Origin: Candidatus Krumholzibacteriota bacterium
GTDB taxonomy: Bacteria; Krumholzibacteriota; Krumholzibacteriia; JAJRXK01
NCBI GenBank assembly: GCA_963764625.1
Contig: CAVXTH010000001.1
Span: 146,681 to 210,680, forward strand
Direction of reading: 5' to 3'
DNA length: 64,000 nt
A model generated the notes under the pieces. It had not been told where the DNA came from. It did no database searches and saw only the letters and a list, made by a program, of their open reading frames with translations. Below, in pieces: positions 49,651 through 61,305 of this stretch (its first letter is position 1; each line of letters begins with the position of its first letter). The position numbers and the translations under genes were made by a program.

Positions 49651-50718
49651 CTTCGCTCGCTCACGTCAACGAGGGCCTGCACGCAGACCAAAGTCGTGTG
49701 TAAGTATCCCTCCACTTCGAGAGTGTCGCCATATACCGCGCGGTGCGACTCGTAGTCGCCCCAACTCCCGTTCTCGTTCTGGCTCTGCAGGATGAGCTGG
49801 AAGGCCTCCTGGTAGCTCGGGTCCTCGGTGAATCCCAAGTACGCACAGCACGAGAGGACTTCCGCCAAGAGGTCGAGACTCTTCTTGCGCACCGTCAGCC
49901 GCTGCAGGGGGATGAGCACGCTGCGCAGATAGCGCAGGTCATCCGCGTCAAAACGCTCCTGCTGATTCTTCTGTCCGTAGTCGAAGGCGACGAAGACCTC
50001 GTGGGTGAGAGCATAGGCCCGCTGCAGGTTGAACTGCGCGAAGGGGATACGCCGAGAGACGATGGTGGTGGCCCGAGGACTGGTGAGCGAATCCGCGGCG
50101 GACCCGTGCGCGAGGTCCGAACTCCCAGTGGAGTCCGCGGAGTCACTCAGGGATGCCGGCAGCGTCAGCCCGAGGCGCTGGTAATATTTAGCAAACATCT
50201 CCCTCTGCCAGGCCCCACGGCGCGCGAGGCTCGTGTCGAAAAGAGTCTTCACGCGCTCGATCTGCTCGCGGTCTTGCGGAGTGAACCGGTGCAATCGCTC
50301 GAGCAGGACGTAGACGCGCAGATAGGAGAGGGCATTGGCATCGAACTCCGCGGGTGTGCACCGGGACAGATTCTGGTAGGCCGGCGTGCGCACTTGAAGG
50401 GTGAGGCTGTCCAGGCGGGCGAGGATGGCGGAACGGCCGGACTTCGTTCGTTTCACGGCCCAGCAGGAGCAGATACAGATCCATTAGCTCGGCCAGTTTT
50501 TTCTTGCCGGCAACCGGCGGGTCGTGAGTCTCGAGACTTGCCACGTTCAACTGGAGGCCGTCCGCGAAGTGATGCGCGCCGGCGAGAATATGGTCGATCG
50601 CGGGCGCCGCCGCGCCCTCCCTGGCCCGTACCTGATGCGATGAGAGCAGCACCTGCCCGAAGACTCCGAAGAGGAGCAGCGCGATCGCCCCCCGCGAAGA
50701 AACGGCAATCCGTTGCAT
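49647..50718 (-). CDS. Secreted helical protein with prenyltransferase/terpene-cyclase-like QW motif (frameshift near 50440)
   Basis: Signal peptide in the 50188..50769 frame; AYALTHEVF, DLLAEVL, SQNENGSWG and YLHTTLV in the 49647..50456 frame. Confidence 0.55.
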
Positions 50719-50928
50719 GAAGACTCCACCAATCTCTAAACCGGTCCGGCGGCTGAAACTCACTTTCATTGTACTCCATCGATGCCGGTGAATCTTCGCG
50801 AAACTTCTGACCGTACACTCTCTGGATTCGACGAAGCGCGCCGGGGCGCGAATTCCCTTGAAGAGGGCGCCGCGGCGGCGTCACACTTCGTTTTGCTCGG
50901 CACCAGTTCAAGCCATGGAGGTTCCGCC

Positions 50929-52662
50929 GTGAAAGCATTCGCGCGCTCCTTTTTTGCCTCTCTTTTGGCCATCTTGGTCCTCCTCGCCATCCTTTTGGGT
51001 ATTGCGGTCCTCAAACTCGACCGAAAGTCAAAGATCGAGAACCACTCCTATCTCGTGGTCGATCTCTACGAAGATCTCCCCGAATACGATGCTCCCGGAG
51101 ACGTGGTGAGTGGCGCTCTGGGTGGACAGGGAGAGACCCTGCAAGGGGTACTCTCGAACCTCCAGAAGGCATGCGTGGATGAACGTATCGACGGGGTGAT
51201 CCTCAAGCTCTCCTCCAACTTCGGGGCGGGAGCGGCTTCGCTGGAAGAGATTCGCGCGGCCGTGAAAAAAGTGGAGGCAACGGGCAAACCGGTCTACGGC
51301 TTCGCCGATTCCATCGATCCGCGTTGCTACTTCCTCGCTGCCGCCTGCGATTCGATCTATGCGCCGCCCTCCGCCTACATCTCTTTCCACGGATTCGCGG
51401 AGAGTCTGCCCTTCGTGGAAGGAACCCTGGAGAAGCTCGGGATCAAACCCAACATCCACCGAATCAAGGACTACAAGTCCGCGGCCGAGATCGTGACGCG
51501 CAAGGGATTGTCGGACACTTCGCGGCAAAACCTCCAGTGGATGCTCGACGAGGAGTGGGATCTCTACACGCGGGCGCTGAGCGAGGACCGCGGAATGAGC
51601 GAGCAGGAGGTGGAAGGAATCATGAAGCTCGCGACTCTGAGCCCCCGCGAAGCTCTCGATCACCATCTGGTGGATCGGCTCCTCTACTGGGATGAGATGA
51701 CGGATCAGTTCAAACTCGAGAAAGATGATCGGCTGCGCACCGTGGGACAGGACCGTTATGCGGAGGTCAAACCGCAGAAGCTGGGGCTGAACAAGGGAAA
51801 GAAGATCGTAGCGGTCATTCACGCCCATGGGATGATTGGAGGGCGCCAGAGCCGGGTGGATCCACTCTTGGGCACCATGATGGGACACGAAACCGTCGTG
51901 GCGCAGCTCGAGCGCGCGGCTCGAGACAAGAACGTGATCGCCATCGTGTTTCGGGTGGACAGCGGAGGCGGCGACAGCCTCACGAGTGACCTCATCGGCC
52001 ACGCCGTCGACCGGGCCGCCCAGGACAAACCCGTCATCGTCTCCATGGTCGACGTCGCGGCATCGGGTGGATACTCGATCTCCTACCGCGGAACCAAGCT
52101 CATGGCCGACCCCGCCACCATCACCGGATCCATCGGTTCGATCAGTGGCAAATTCAACCTGGAGGGACTCTACGAGAAACTCGGGATCACGCACGACAGC
52201 GTGACGAAGGGACCGATGGCTCTCTACGACTCCTCCCTTCGCGACTACACCCCGCAGGAGCGCACACGCTTCGAGGCGGAACATTGGGCCGGGTACAACG
52301 CCTGGCTTACGGACATCGCGAAGCACCGTGGCATGAGCTTGGAAACAGCCTCGAAATTGGCGGAGGGGCGCGAATGGACGGGGCGGCAAGCCAAGGCCAA
52401 CGGTCTGGTGGACGAACTCGGCGACCTGGACGACGCGATCGCGCTCGCGCGCGAATTGGCGAAGGTCAAGAGCGGGGTGAAGGTCCGGGTAGAGCATTTC
52501 CCCAAGAAGAAGGGTCTGTTGGACATGGTGTTCAGTCCACAAGAAGAGCTCACCCTCAGCGCGCGCTGGGCGCTGTTTCGCGAGGCGCGCGCCCAGTGGA
52601 ATCAGAGCCTGAGTTTTCTGACGAATGCTCGGCTGCTTCTCGCCCCGACCACAAGACCATGA
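50929..52662 (+). CDS. sppA: Signal peptide peptidase (protease IV, long type)
   Basis: [33 protein letters not shown] and GREWTG; RBS GGAGG before GTG at 50929. Confidence 0.93.
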   Translation: MKAFARSFFASLLAILVLLAILLGIAVLKLDRKSKIENHSYLVVDLYEDLPEYDAPGDVVSGALGGQGETLQGVLSNLQKACVDERIDGVILKLSSNFGAGAASLEEIRAAVKKVEATGKPVYGFADSIDPRCYFLAAACDSIYAPPSAYISFHGFAESLPFVEGTLEKLGIKPNIHRIKDYKSAAEIVTRKGLSDTSRQNLQWMLDEEWDLYTRALSEDRGMSEQEVEGIMKLATLSPREALDHHLVDRLLYWDEMTDQFKLEKDDRLRTVGQDRYAEVKPQKLGLNKGKKIVAVIHAHGMIGGRQSRVDPLLGTMMGHETVVAQLERAARDKNVIAIVFRVDSGGGDSLTSDLIGHAVDRAAQDKPVIVSMVDVAASGGYSISYRGTKLMADPATITGSIGSISGKFNLEGLYEKLGITHDSVTKGPMALYDSSLRDYTPQERTRFEAEHWAGYNAWLTDIAKHRGMSLETASKLAEGREWTGRQAKANGLVDELGDLDDAIALARELAKVKSGVKVRVEHFPKKKGLLDMVFSPQEELTLSARWALFREARAQWNQSLSFLTNARLLLAPTTRP

Positions 52663-54557
52663 GCGCCACGGGGCATCGCACGGGGAGCGAGGAGCTGGGC
52701 CAGCCTCCGGTGTTCTGCGACATCGTCATGAAGGGCGGGGTCACCAGCGGCGTCACCTATCCTCTGGCCGTCGTCGAATTGGCGAAACGCTTCCATCTGA
52801 AGAACCTGGGCGGCACCTCGGCCGGCGCGATTTCCGCCGCCTTTGCGGCGGCGGCCGAACTGAGGCGCCGCGAGGGAAGCGACGAGGGCTTCGCGGCCTT
52901 GGAAAAACTTCCCGCGTGGCTCGGGAGCAAAGGGCATCTCCTGCATCTCTTCTCGCCCGACAAACAGACGAAGCCGCTTTTCGATCTCGCCCTGCGAGGG
53001 GCTTCCTATAAAAGGTTTCGGGGCGCGCGCCTCTTGCTCTCGACTCTGGCGCAGTGGCCGTGGAGTTTGGGAATCGCCCTACTTCCCGGACTGCTCTGCC
53101 TGCTGCTTTGCCTGCGGGCCACGCAACTTTCCGGGGCTGGCTGGTGGCTGGGTGGAGCCTCCATTTTGGGAGGCATCTTCCTCATGCTGCTGGGCTGGGG
53201 GCTGGTCTTGTGGCGCCAACTGCGTCACGCTTTGAAGGCGGTGGTCCAAAACGGTTTCGGACTCAGTTCGGGCATGACACGCGCGCCAAACGAGGAGAGC
53301 TCGGGGCTGACCCCCTGGCTTTGCGACCAGCTGAACGAACTGGCGGGTCTGGACGCAGAGACTCCGCTCACCTTCGGCCACTTGTGGAAGGCGCCAGTGC
53401 CGGAGCGAGGCAAGGGCCTCCTTCGCGCGGGAGAGCGCTCCATCGATCTTCGGATGATTACCACCTGCTTGAGTCACGGACGGCCTTACCAACTGCCGCA
53501 TCGCGGAAAAACCCTCTACTTCGATCCGCGGGAATTTCAGCGGCTCTTTCCGCCCGTGGTGGTGGCATGGATGGTCGCGCACGCTGCCCAAACCCAACCC
53601 GGCGCTCTTGAAACGCGAGGCAAAGAAGGCAACCTCCTCCTGCCGCTTCCGCAGCCCGAAGACCTGCCAGTGGTGGTCGCGGTGCGCATGAGCTTGAGCT
53701 TTCCTTTGCTCATCGCGGCGGTTCCCCTGTGGGCGATCGACTACACCCGGCAGACAAAAGAGGGAGAAGCACGCCGTCCCGAGAGAATCTGGTTCTCCGA
53801 CGGAGGCATCAGCAGCAACTTCCCCGTCCACTTCTTCGACGTCCTGGTGCCGCGCTGGCCGACGGTGGCGATCAGTCTTCGTCAGCTAGCCGCGGATCCC
53901 GACGAACCGCCACGCTCTTCTTCGCAGGTCTGGGCGATCTCGAGCCGCAAAGAGGGACTCAAGCAACAGTGGATCCGCTTCGCGCGAAACGACGGTGCGG
54001 GAAGTCTCCTCGGTTTCTTCCAAGCGATCTTCGACACCATGCAGAACTGGTATGACAACTCCTATCTGCCGTTGCCCGGCTATCGCGACCGTGTCGTCGA
54101 GATCGGTCTGATGAAGAACGAAGGGGGACTGAATCTGGACATGGCCCAAGGCACCATCGAGAAACTCGGAGAGCACGGCCGCGAGGCGGGCCGCCTCATG
54201 GCGGAGCGCTTCACCCAGTCCGCGAGTGACGAACAACGCCTCAGTTGGGACGATCACCGCTGGACGCGCTATCGCTCGGGGATGGCCGCGCTGGCCGGTG
54301 TACTGGCGAGCCTGGACGGGGTTTTGCAAGGAGAGGGCAACTGGCCCGCGTTGGTGCGCCGGGATCCCGCTGCACCCCCCCGAAGTTACTCCTTCCAGAG
54401 CCACAAGCAGGGACGCGAGGCCTGGTCCGCGACCGAGGAGCTGCTTCGGACCTACGAGTCTTGGCTCCCCGCGGCCACGGGCCATGAATCGGAGCTCGGT
54501 CCCTTCCACGATCCACCCCGGCCGCGCTTCGCCTTGGGCGTCCGGCCGCCAATGTAG
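52659..54557 (+). CDS. Patatin-like phospholipase with internal TM hairpin
   Basis: KGGVTSG, GTSAG nucleophile elbow, [10 protein letters not shown]; hydrophobic segments at about 53050-53215. Confidence 0.85.
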   Translation: MSATGHRTGSEELGQPPVFCDIVMKGGVTSGVTYPLAVVELAKRFHLKNLGGTSAGAISAAFAAAAELRRREGSDEGFAALEKLPAWLGSKGHLLHLFSPDKQTKPLFDLALRGASYKRFRGARLLLSTLAQWPWSLGIALLPGLLCLLLCLRATQLSGAGWWLGGASILGGIFLMLLGWGLVLWRQLRHALKAVVQNGFGLSSGMTRAPNEESSGLTPWLCDQLNELAGLDAETPLTFGHLWKAPVPERGKGLLRAGERSIDLRMITTCLSHGRPYQLPHRGKTLYFDPREFQRLFPPVVVAWMVAHAAQTQPGALETRGKEGNLLLPLPQPEDLPVVVAVRMSLSFPLLIAAVPLWAIDYTRQTKEGEARRPERIWFSDGGISSNFPVHFFDVLVPRWPTVAISLRQLAADPDEPPRSSSQVWAISSRKEGLKQQWIRFARNDGAGSLLGFFQAIFDTMQNWYDNSYLPLPGYRDRVVEIGLMKNEGGLNLDMAQGTIEKLGEHGREAGRLMAERFTQSASDEQRLSWDDHRWTRYRSGMAALAGVLASLDGVLQGEGNWPALVRRDPAAPPRSYSFQSHKQGREAWSATEELLRTYESWLPAATGHESELGPFHDPPRPRFALGVRPPM

Positions 54558-54683
54558 AGCTGTTTTGGTGCCTGGCCGCGGGACTCGTGTGTCTGTACCC
54601 TATTGCTTGCGTCATCTGTACCCATTGGCCCTGGCATCCCAGCTCATTTTCAATGCCAGCAGATCTTACTGGAGATACGTGTC

Positions 54684-56384
54684 TTGAAGACGATTAGCGG
54701 TGCCGTCTTAGTTCTGGCTCTCGGTGCGAGCGCGATTCTGGGCCCCCATGCCATCCCCTCTGCGCGAGCTCAGGAAATCGAAGAGCAAGCCGCCCTGCCG
54801 GCGCCGGCGCCCGGCGACACGGTCATGACGGCTCAAGCAACCGAAACCGTGCTCGAACAACCCGACTCCACCCTGGCCCTCACCGTGAGTCAACTCCCTG
54901 GAGAACCGCTACGTCTTCGCGACGCCATCGGCGAGGCCTTGCAGGGCGACACCTCGATCCGTTTGGCCAAGGCCGAGTTGCTGGCGGCCAAGGGAGCGGA
55001 GCGACGTGAACGCGGGTCCTTCTCTCCCGAGCTCTACGGTCAGGCGCAGCGCATCGGCGACCATCAGCCCACCGCTTCGTTCTTTTCGGGAGCCGACGTC
55101 CTGGAGACCAAGCTCACGAAAGCCGAACTCGGTGCGCGCGTGCGCCTTCCTCTGGGAACGGAACTCTCCGCGTCGGTGAACACCACCCGCACGACCACGA
55201 ACTCTCAGTTCGCCACCATCTCGCCTCAGTACGATTCCTTCGGGCAGCTGCAGCTCGTGCAGCCCCTGTTGAAGGGTTTTGGTCCGGCGGCAAAGGGTGA
55301 TCGAGACGCGGCCGAGAATTCGCGCCGCAGTGCTCAGGCCGGTTATGCCGACTCGCGTCTGGCCACTCGCGCCGCAGTGGAAACTACCTACTGGGGGCTC
55401 TACGCAGCCGAACTCGATTTCGCGGTCCAGTCACTCGTCCGGGATCGCGCCTCGAGCTTTCTCGATCAGGTGCGCCTGCGCGCGAAAGCCGGTTTGGCGG
55501 GGCCCGAGGAGGAGGCAAACGCCGAAGTCTTCCTGGCCAGCCAGGAACAGACCGTGCTCGACAGCGAAGACAACCTCGACAGTCTCTCGGATCGTCTCGC
55601 GGTCCTCATGGGCCGGCGTCCGAGCAAGGACGAACGCTTCCATCCGGTGGATCGGCCTTCCTCGCACATCTCCGGGATCGATGTCGATGAGCTGGTGAAT
55701 CTGGTCATGGCGCACAGCGAACAGGTGGCCGCGGCGCAGCAAAATCTTCAGGCCGCCCGGGCGCGGGCCAAGAGCGCACACTGGAACTCGCTTCCCCAAC
55801 TCGATCTGGTGGGAACACTGGGCGGGCGTGGCCTGGCCGGGACCGGTCGCGACATCACGGTCGATATCGGAGGCGGTCCTCCGACGACCTACTCGAACAA
55901 TCTCGACACCGGACTCGGCGATAGTTTTGACCAGGTCTTCCACCGTGACTTTCCCTACTGGAGCCTCGGTATGGTCTTCAATCTCCCCATCGGCGGGGGA
56001 AGCGATGCCGGCGAGAGCGACCGTCTGCGGGCAGAGGTCACACGAGCGGAACAAGAACTCGAGAGCGTCCGTCGCGCTTTGGACGAAAACGTGCGCGCAG
56101 AGTATCGTGAACTCGAGCGATCCAACAAACGCATCGGATTCGCGGTCCGGGGCGTCAATGCATCGTTGGAGCAAGTACGGATCGGAACCCTCCAATTCAA
56201 GAACGGTCGCACCACCGCATTCGAGTTGGTACGGCTGGCGGCCGATCTCGCCGACGCGCAGCGTCGTTACTCCGGGGCCCTCATTCGTTTGGCGAGCGCA
56301 GCCGCCACGCTGCGGCGTCTGACGGCTGGAGCCTATCCGAACCCTGGTCCCGCGGACGACATCATGAAGGAGCCCACTCCGTGA
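54684..56384 (+). CDS. TolC-family outer membrane efflux protein
   Basis: Signal peptide, QPLLKGFG, LPQLDL, two helical repeats; first gene of the MFP/RND operon. TTG start after GGAG. Confidence 0.88.
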   Translation: MKTISGAVLVLALGASAILGPHAIPSARAQEIEEQAALPAPAPGDTVMTAQATETVLEQPDSTLALTVSQLPGEPLRLRDAIGEALQGDTSIRLAKAELLAAKGAERRERGSFSPELYGQAQRIGDHQPTASFFSGADVLETKLTKAELGARVRLPLGTELSASVNTTRTTTNSQFATISPQYDSFGQLQLVQPLLKGFGPAAKGDRDAAENSRRSAQAGYADSRLATRAAVETTYWGLYAAELDFAVQSLVRDRASSFLDQVRLRAKAGLAGPEEEANAEVFLASQEQTVLDSEDNLDSLSDRLAVLMGRRPSKDERFHPVDRPSSHISGIDVDELVNLVMAHSEQVAAAQQNLQAARARAKSAHWNSLPQLDLVGTLGGRGLAGTGRDITVDIGGGPPTTYSNNLDTGLGDSFDQVFHRDFPYWSLGMVFNLPIGGGSDAGESDRLRAEVTRAEQELESVRRALDENVRAEYRELERSNKRIGFAVRGVNASLEQVRIGTLQFKNGRTTAFELVRLAADLADAQRRYSGALIRLASAAATLRRLTAGAYPNPGPADDIMKEPTP

Positions 56385-57484
56385 AGAGTCTTTCCGTCTC
56401 GTTGAAACCGCGACCCCGTGCCGCTCTTTCCTTCGGGATCTGCGTGGCGGCCGTCGCCTCCGTGTTGGTCCTCGTTTCCGCGTGCGGCGGCAAGAAAGGT
56501 CAGGGCGGCGGCTTCGGCGGTTTTGCCGTACCGGTAGAAGTCGCCACCGCAAAGCAAGGACCCATCGAGGATCGTTTCGCGATCGTCGGTTCGCTGGAAG
56601 CCAGCGAGTCCATCACCGTGGTGGCGGAGATCGACGGCACGATCGACGCGCTGCCGTTCAAAGAAGGCCGGGCGGTCGAGGCCGGCGCATTGCTCGCGCA
56701 CCTGGACGACGCAGAGCTCGCGGCGCAGGTGGCGAGGGCCGAAGCGGTGCGGGATCAGGAGCGTGCGACCTACGACCGGACGCGCAACGTCGTGGACCAA
56801 GGAGCCGGCGCGCCCCAGGATCTCGACGATGCCGCGGCGAACCTGAAGGTCGCCGATGCAGAGCTCAAGCTTGCCCGCTCGCGGCTCGCCAAAACCAGCA
56901 TCAAGGCGAGTTTTCCCGGCATCACCGGGACCCGCCGTGTGAGTGTCGGCGCGTTCGTGAGGGCCGGGGCCGAGATCACGACCCTCACCCGTATCGACGA
57001 ATTGCGAGTGAACTTCACCGTTCCCGAACGGCTCTTGCGGGAGATGCACCACGGCTCGACCGTTACCGTGACCACCACCGCCTATCCGGACCATCGCCTC
57101 AACGGAGTGATCGACATCATCGATCCGGTATTGGATCCAGACACTCGCAGCGCCCGCATCGTTGCCCGGGTCAAGAATCCCGATGGGCTGCTGAGGCCCG
57201 GGATGTCGGCGGACATTGCGGTCACACTCCATGCCCGTCAGAATGCAATCACCATCCCGAGTGAAGCGGTGCTGGTGCAAGGCGGCCAGAACATAGTCTA
57301 TGTGATTCAGCCCGACAGCACCGTGACTCCCATGCCGGTGAAACTGGGTCTCCGTCAGGAGTCCGTGGTGGAGATCGTGGACGGCCTTAAGCCAGGCGAG
57401 CGCGTCGTCCGCACCGGCCATCAGAAACTCTATCCCGGCGCGAAGGTGTCGCCGATCGAGGAGCCCGCTCGTGAAGCTGAGTGA
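56381..57484 (+). CDS. RND efflux periplasmic adaptor (membrane fusion protein)
   Basis: Lipobox VSAC, lipoyl halves, IKASFPG, LRPGM and GLKPGERVV. Confidence 0.93.
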   Translation: MKSLSVSLKPRPRAALSFGICVAAVASVLVLVSACGGKKGQGGGFGGFAVPVEVATAKQGPIEDRFAIVGSLEASESITVVAEIDGTIDALPFKEGRAVEAGALLAHLDDAELAAQVARAEAVRDQERATYDRTRNVVDQGAGAPQDLDDAAANLKVADAELKLARSRLAKTSIKASFPGITGTRRVSVGAFVRAGAEITTLTRIDELRVNFTVPERLLREMHHGSTVTVTTTAYPDHRLNGVIDIIDPVLDPDTRSARIVARVKNPDGLLRPGMSADIAVTLHARQNAITIPSEAVLVQGGQNIVYVIQPDSTVTPMPVKLGLRQESVVEIVDGLKPGERVVRTGHQKLYPGAKVSPIEEPAREAE

Positions 57485-60400
57485 AGCCAGCATTCAGCGT
57501 CCGGTCTTTTCCACCGTGATGAGCCTCGCCCTCATTTTATTGGGGGTCATCGGATTTACCCGCCTGCCGGTGCGCGAGTATCCTGACGTCGATCCTCCCA
57601 TCGTTTCCGTCACCACCTTCTATCGCGGCGCCAGCCCCAGCGTGGTCGAAACGGAAATCACCGACGTGCTCGAGGAGCAGTTCTCCACGATCGAAGGCGT
57701 GAAGTCCATCACCAGCTCCAGTCGTGAGCAGGGTTCGGTCATCACCATCGAGTTCGAATTGAGCCGCAAGGTCGACGTCGCCGCTAACGATGTGCGCGAC
57801 CGGGTGTCGCGCGTGCGCGGCGAGCTTCCCCGCGAGGCGGACGACCCGGTGGTCGCGAAAGTCGACGTAAACGCGCAGCCCATCGTGTGGTTGGCCTTCA
57901 GCAGCGCTACTCACACTCCGCTGGAACTCTCCGACATCGCGGACCGCATCCTCAAGGAACGGCTGCAGCGGCTCAGTGGGGTGGGGTCAGTCTTCATCGG
58001 GGGTGAGCGCCGTTATTCCATGCGGGTCTGGCTCGATCCTCAGGCAATGGCCGCCCGGGGCCTGACGGTGCAGGATGTCGAAGCGGCCATTCGCCGTGAG
58101 AACGCCGAGATTCCCGGTGGCCGCGTCGAGGGCAGCGAGCGGGAGTTCGCCGTTCGCACCCGGGGAGAGCTTCAGGAGCCCGAACAATTCGCGGCCATCG
58201 TCGTGTCGCAAAGCGGCAACGATGCCGTGCGGCTCAAGGACATCGCCAAAGTCGAAGTGGGCCCCGAAGACGAGCGCACGATCACCCGCTTCAACGGACA
58301 ACCCGCAATTGGGCTCGGCATCGTCAAACAAAAGGATGCGAGTACTGTCGCGGTAGCTCAGGTGGTGCGCAAGGCACTTCCCTCCCTGCGAAAGCTGATC
58401 CCCGAGGACATGAAGATCGACGTGGCCTACGATTCCTCGACCTTCATCGAGGACTCCATCCACGAAGTCGCGAAGACTCTCCTGCTCGCGACCGGTCTCG
58501 TGGTGTTGGTCGTCCTGGTCTTCTTGAAGAGTTTCCGCGCGACGATCATTCCCATCGTCGCGATTCCCATCGCCATCATCGGTTCGTTCATGATCGCCTT
58601 CGCCTTTGGCTTCAGCGTGAACATCATCACCCTCTTGGCTCTGGTGTTAGCCATTGGTTTGGTAGTGGATGACGCCATCGTTGTGCTCGAGAACATCTTC
58701 CGACACCTCGAGATGGGAAAGAGCCGCTTGATCGCGGCGCGCGACGGAGTCAACGAGATCGCTTTCGCGGTCATCGCCACTACGGTTTCGCTGGTGGCAG
58801 TCTTTATTCCGGTGGCCTTTCTCACCGGCACGGTGGGGCGTCTGTTTCGCGAATTCGGAGTCATGTTGGCGGTTGCCGTTTTGATCAGTGCGTTCGTGGC
58901 GCTTACCCTCACACCCACTCTCTGCTCCTTGATCCTGCGCCGCCGGGACAAGAACAAGAAGCTCAGCTGGGCGGAGAGATCGTTCGAGGCGTTTTTCACC
59001 GGTATGGATCGCCTCTATGACAGGTCCCTTCGTTTCTCCATCCGACACCGCCCGGCCTTTCTCCTCGCCACTCTGGTCATCGTAGCCGGTACCGTCTGGG
59101 TGTATCGCCAACTCCCACGCGAACTGGTTCCGGTGGAGGATCGCGGGACCGCCTTCGGCATCGTATTGGCGCCCGAGGGTGCAACGCTGGACTACACGAA
59201 CCGCTACCAGTCCCAGATCGAGAAGATCCTCCTCAATCTCCCCGAGCGGCAGGGCCTCTTCAGCGCCATCGGTCTCAGCTTCGGCGGGCCGGGACGGGTC
59301 ACCAACGGGTTCATGTTCCTGAACTTGAAACCGCGTAACGAGAGAAAGCGTTCGCAGCAGGAGATCGTGTCGTCGCTCTTTCCCCGCCTCATGGCGATCC
59401 CCGGAGTACTGGCCTTCGTCATCAACCCCCCCAGTCTGGGAGGCCGCTTCAGCTCCAGCGCCATCCAATACGTGCTGGAAGCGAACAGCTACGAGGAGCT
59501 GGCCAAGGCCGTGCCCATCATGATGAACAAGGCCAATCAATTGGGTTACCTTCTGAACCTCGACAGCGACCTGCGCTTGAACAAGCCGCAGTTGGATGTC
59601 GACATCGACCGTGACCGCGCGTCGGCTCTGGGGGTTTCGGTCACTGACATCGGCAGCACCCTGGAGACCTTCTTGGGCGGGCGCGTCGTCGGGGAATTCA
59701 AACGGGGCAGCAAGAAGTACGACGTCATCGCGCAATTGCGACCCGCGGGCCGCTCGACGCCGGACATCATCCGTGAACTCTATATGCGCGCCGAGAGTGG
59801 CAAGCTCGTGCAGCTGACGAACCTCATTCACGTCAATGAGACAGCGGCGCCGAAGGAGCTGAATCACTACAACCGGGTCCGCTCGGCCACCATCACCGCG
59901 AATCTCGCACCCGGCGCCGACCTCGGCAGCGCGCTGGACGCGCTCGACAACATTGCCCGCAACGATCTGCCGGCCGGAATCCAACGCGAGTTGGCGGGAC
60001 AGTCCCGTGAGTATCGCGAATCGAGCGGAACCCTGGTCTTCATGTTCCTGCTCGCGGTGCTGTTCATCTACCTGGTCCTCGCGGCGCAGTTCGAGAGCTT
60101 TACCCATCCTCTGGTGATCCTGCTCTCGGTTCCTTTGGCCATCGTGGGCGCCATCGTTTCGCTCTTCATCTTCGGCCAGAGCATGAACATCTATTCGCAG
60201 ATCGGTCTGGTGATGCTCGTCGGTCTGGTAACCAAGAACGCGATCCTCATCGTCGAGTTCAGCAATCAGCTGCGGACGCGGGGTCGGAGCATCATGGACG
60301 CGGTGCAGGAAGCCTCGCGCATTCGCCTACGTCCCATTCTCATGACCTCGTTTTCGACAGTGTTCGGAATACTCCCCATCGCGATCGGTCTGGGAGCCGG

Positions 60401-60581
60401 CGCGGAATCCCGACGTCCGCTGGGAATCGCCATCGTGGGCGGCGTCCTCTTCTCGACCTTCTTGACTCTGCTCTTGGTGCCGGTGGTCTATACTCTTCTC
60501 GCCCGGTTCACGCCCGCCCAGCAGGTGAAGCAGTTCGGGGACGAGGCGGCGCCGGAGGTTCTGCAAGAATTCACGATCTGA
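57471..60581 (+). CDS. RND efflux permease (AcrB/AcrD/AcrF family)
   Basis: 1036 aa; GLVVDDAIVVLENI, KNAILIVEF and RLRPILMT. Confidence 0.96.
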   Translation: MKLSEASIQRPVFSTVMSLALILLGVIGFTRLPVREYPDVDPPIVSVTTFYRGASPSVVETEITDVLEEQFSTIEGVKSITSSSREQGSVITIEFELSRKVDVAANDVRDRVSRVRGELPREADDPVVAKVDVNAQPIVWLAFSSATHTPLELSDIADRILKERLQRLSGVGSVFIGGERRYSMRVWLDPQAMAARGLTVQDVEAAIRRENAEIPGGRVEGSEREFAVRTRGELQEPEQFAAIVVSQSGNDAVRLKDIAKVEVGPEDERTITRFNGQPAIGLGIVKQKDASTVAVAQVVRKALPSLRKLIPEDMKIDVAYDSSTFIEDSIHEVAKTLLLATGLVVLVVLVFLKSFRATIIPIVAIPIAIIGSFMIAFAFGFSVNIITLLALVLAIGLVVDDAIVVLENIFRHLEMGKSRLIAARDGVNEIAFAVIATTVSLVAVFIPVAFLTGTVGRLFREFGVMLAVAVLISAFVALTLTPTLCSLILRRRDKNKKLSWAERSFEAFFTGMDRLYDRSLRFSIRHRPAFLLATLVIVAGTVWVYRQLPRELVPVEDRGTAFGIVLAPEGATLDYTNRYQSQIEKILLNLPERQGLFSAIGLSFGGPGRVTNGFMFLNLKPRNERKRSQQEIVSSLFPRLMAIPGVLAFVINPPSLGGRFSSSAIQYVLEANSYEELAKAVPIMMNKANQLGYLLNLDSDLRLNKPQLDVDIDRDRASALGVSVTDIGSTLETFLGGRVVGEFKRGSKKYDVIAQLRPAGRSTPDIIRELYMRAESGKLVQLTNLIHVNETAAPKELNHYNRVRSATITANLAPGADLGSALDALDNIARNDLPAGIQRELAGQSREYRESSGTLVFMFLLAVLFIYLVLAAQFESFTHPLVILLSVPLAIVGAIVSLFIFGQSMNIYSQIGLVMLVGLVTKNAILIVEFSNQLRTRGRSIMDAVQEASRIRLRPILMTSFSTVFGILPIAIGLGAGAESRRPLGIAIVGGVLFSTFLTLLLVPVVYTLLARFTPAQQVKQFGDEAAPEVLQEFTI

Positions 60582-60644
60582 CGCGTTCGTGATGCACCCA
60601 TCGACCTCAGCCGCAATTCGTAGGGCGGGAATCGCGCCGTGCCC

Positions 60645-61010
60645 TCACTTCACCGCCAGACTCTTGAGTTCGGCCAGATCGACGAATTCCAAAGTTGAGA
60701 TGTGGGTGGCCTCGAGACAAACCGGAGGCGCCGCGCCATCGCGCAGAGCCTGCTTCCAACGTTGCACGCAGAGGCACCAGCGATCCCCCGGCTTCAGGCC
60801 CGGAAATCCCGCCTGCGGCATGGGGGTGATGAGGTCGTTGCCGTGAATGAAGCTGTAGTGCAGAAACTCCTCGTTCATGACCGCGCATACCAGATGCAGC
60901 CCCTGGTCCTGCGCTCCCGTCTCACAGCAACCGTTGCGGTAGAATCCGGTCAGGGGATCACGCCCGCATTCCTGCAATTCGGTTCCGAGTACGTTCATGG
61001 GGCGGCTCAT
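60645..61010 (-). CDS. DUF2237 family protein
   Basis: NVLGTELQEC..DPLTGFYRNGCC..H.VCA..GNDLITP.P..FPGLKPGDRWCLC..RW. Confidence 0.9.
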   Translation of the reverse strand: MSRPMNVLGTELQECGRDPLTGFYRNGCCETGAQDQGLHLVCAVMNEEFLHYSFIHGNDLITPMPQAGFPGLKPGDRWCLCVQRWKQALRDGAAPPVCLEATHISTLEFVDLAELKSLAVK

Positions 61011-61305
61011 GCCTGGTAACTCTCCGCTGGATTTGCTCGGACCGCCGCGGGGTTGGCTGCGATCCCCATCATCCACTTCGGTTCGGGTGGGCGGTCTTCA
61101 AGATAGTGGATTTTCGAGGAAGCACACCCGGGTCCGGGCCATGACCGTCCAGAATCGAAGTCCTCGCTCTTAAAATCTGCAACTTCTCTCACCGCGGCGA
61201 GAATCCTAGGAGGTGCAACCCACCCCCACCGTGCGCTATGCTGAGTGCCTGGTCCACGCCCGATGGGGCCCCGACGCGTTCCTCTCTCAGAAACCGGTGC
61301 CGTTC

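Noticed and set aside
52659-54557. Patatin as a CBASS (CapV-like) defence effector
   Set aside because: No CD-NTase or ancillary cap genes nearby; neighbours are housekeeping genes.
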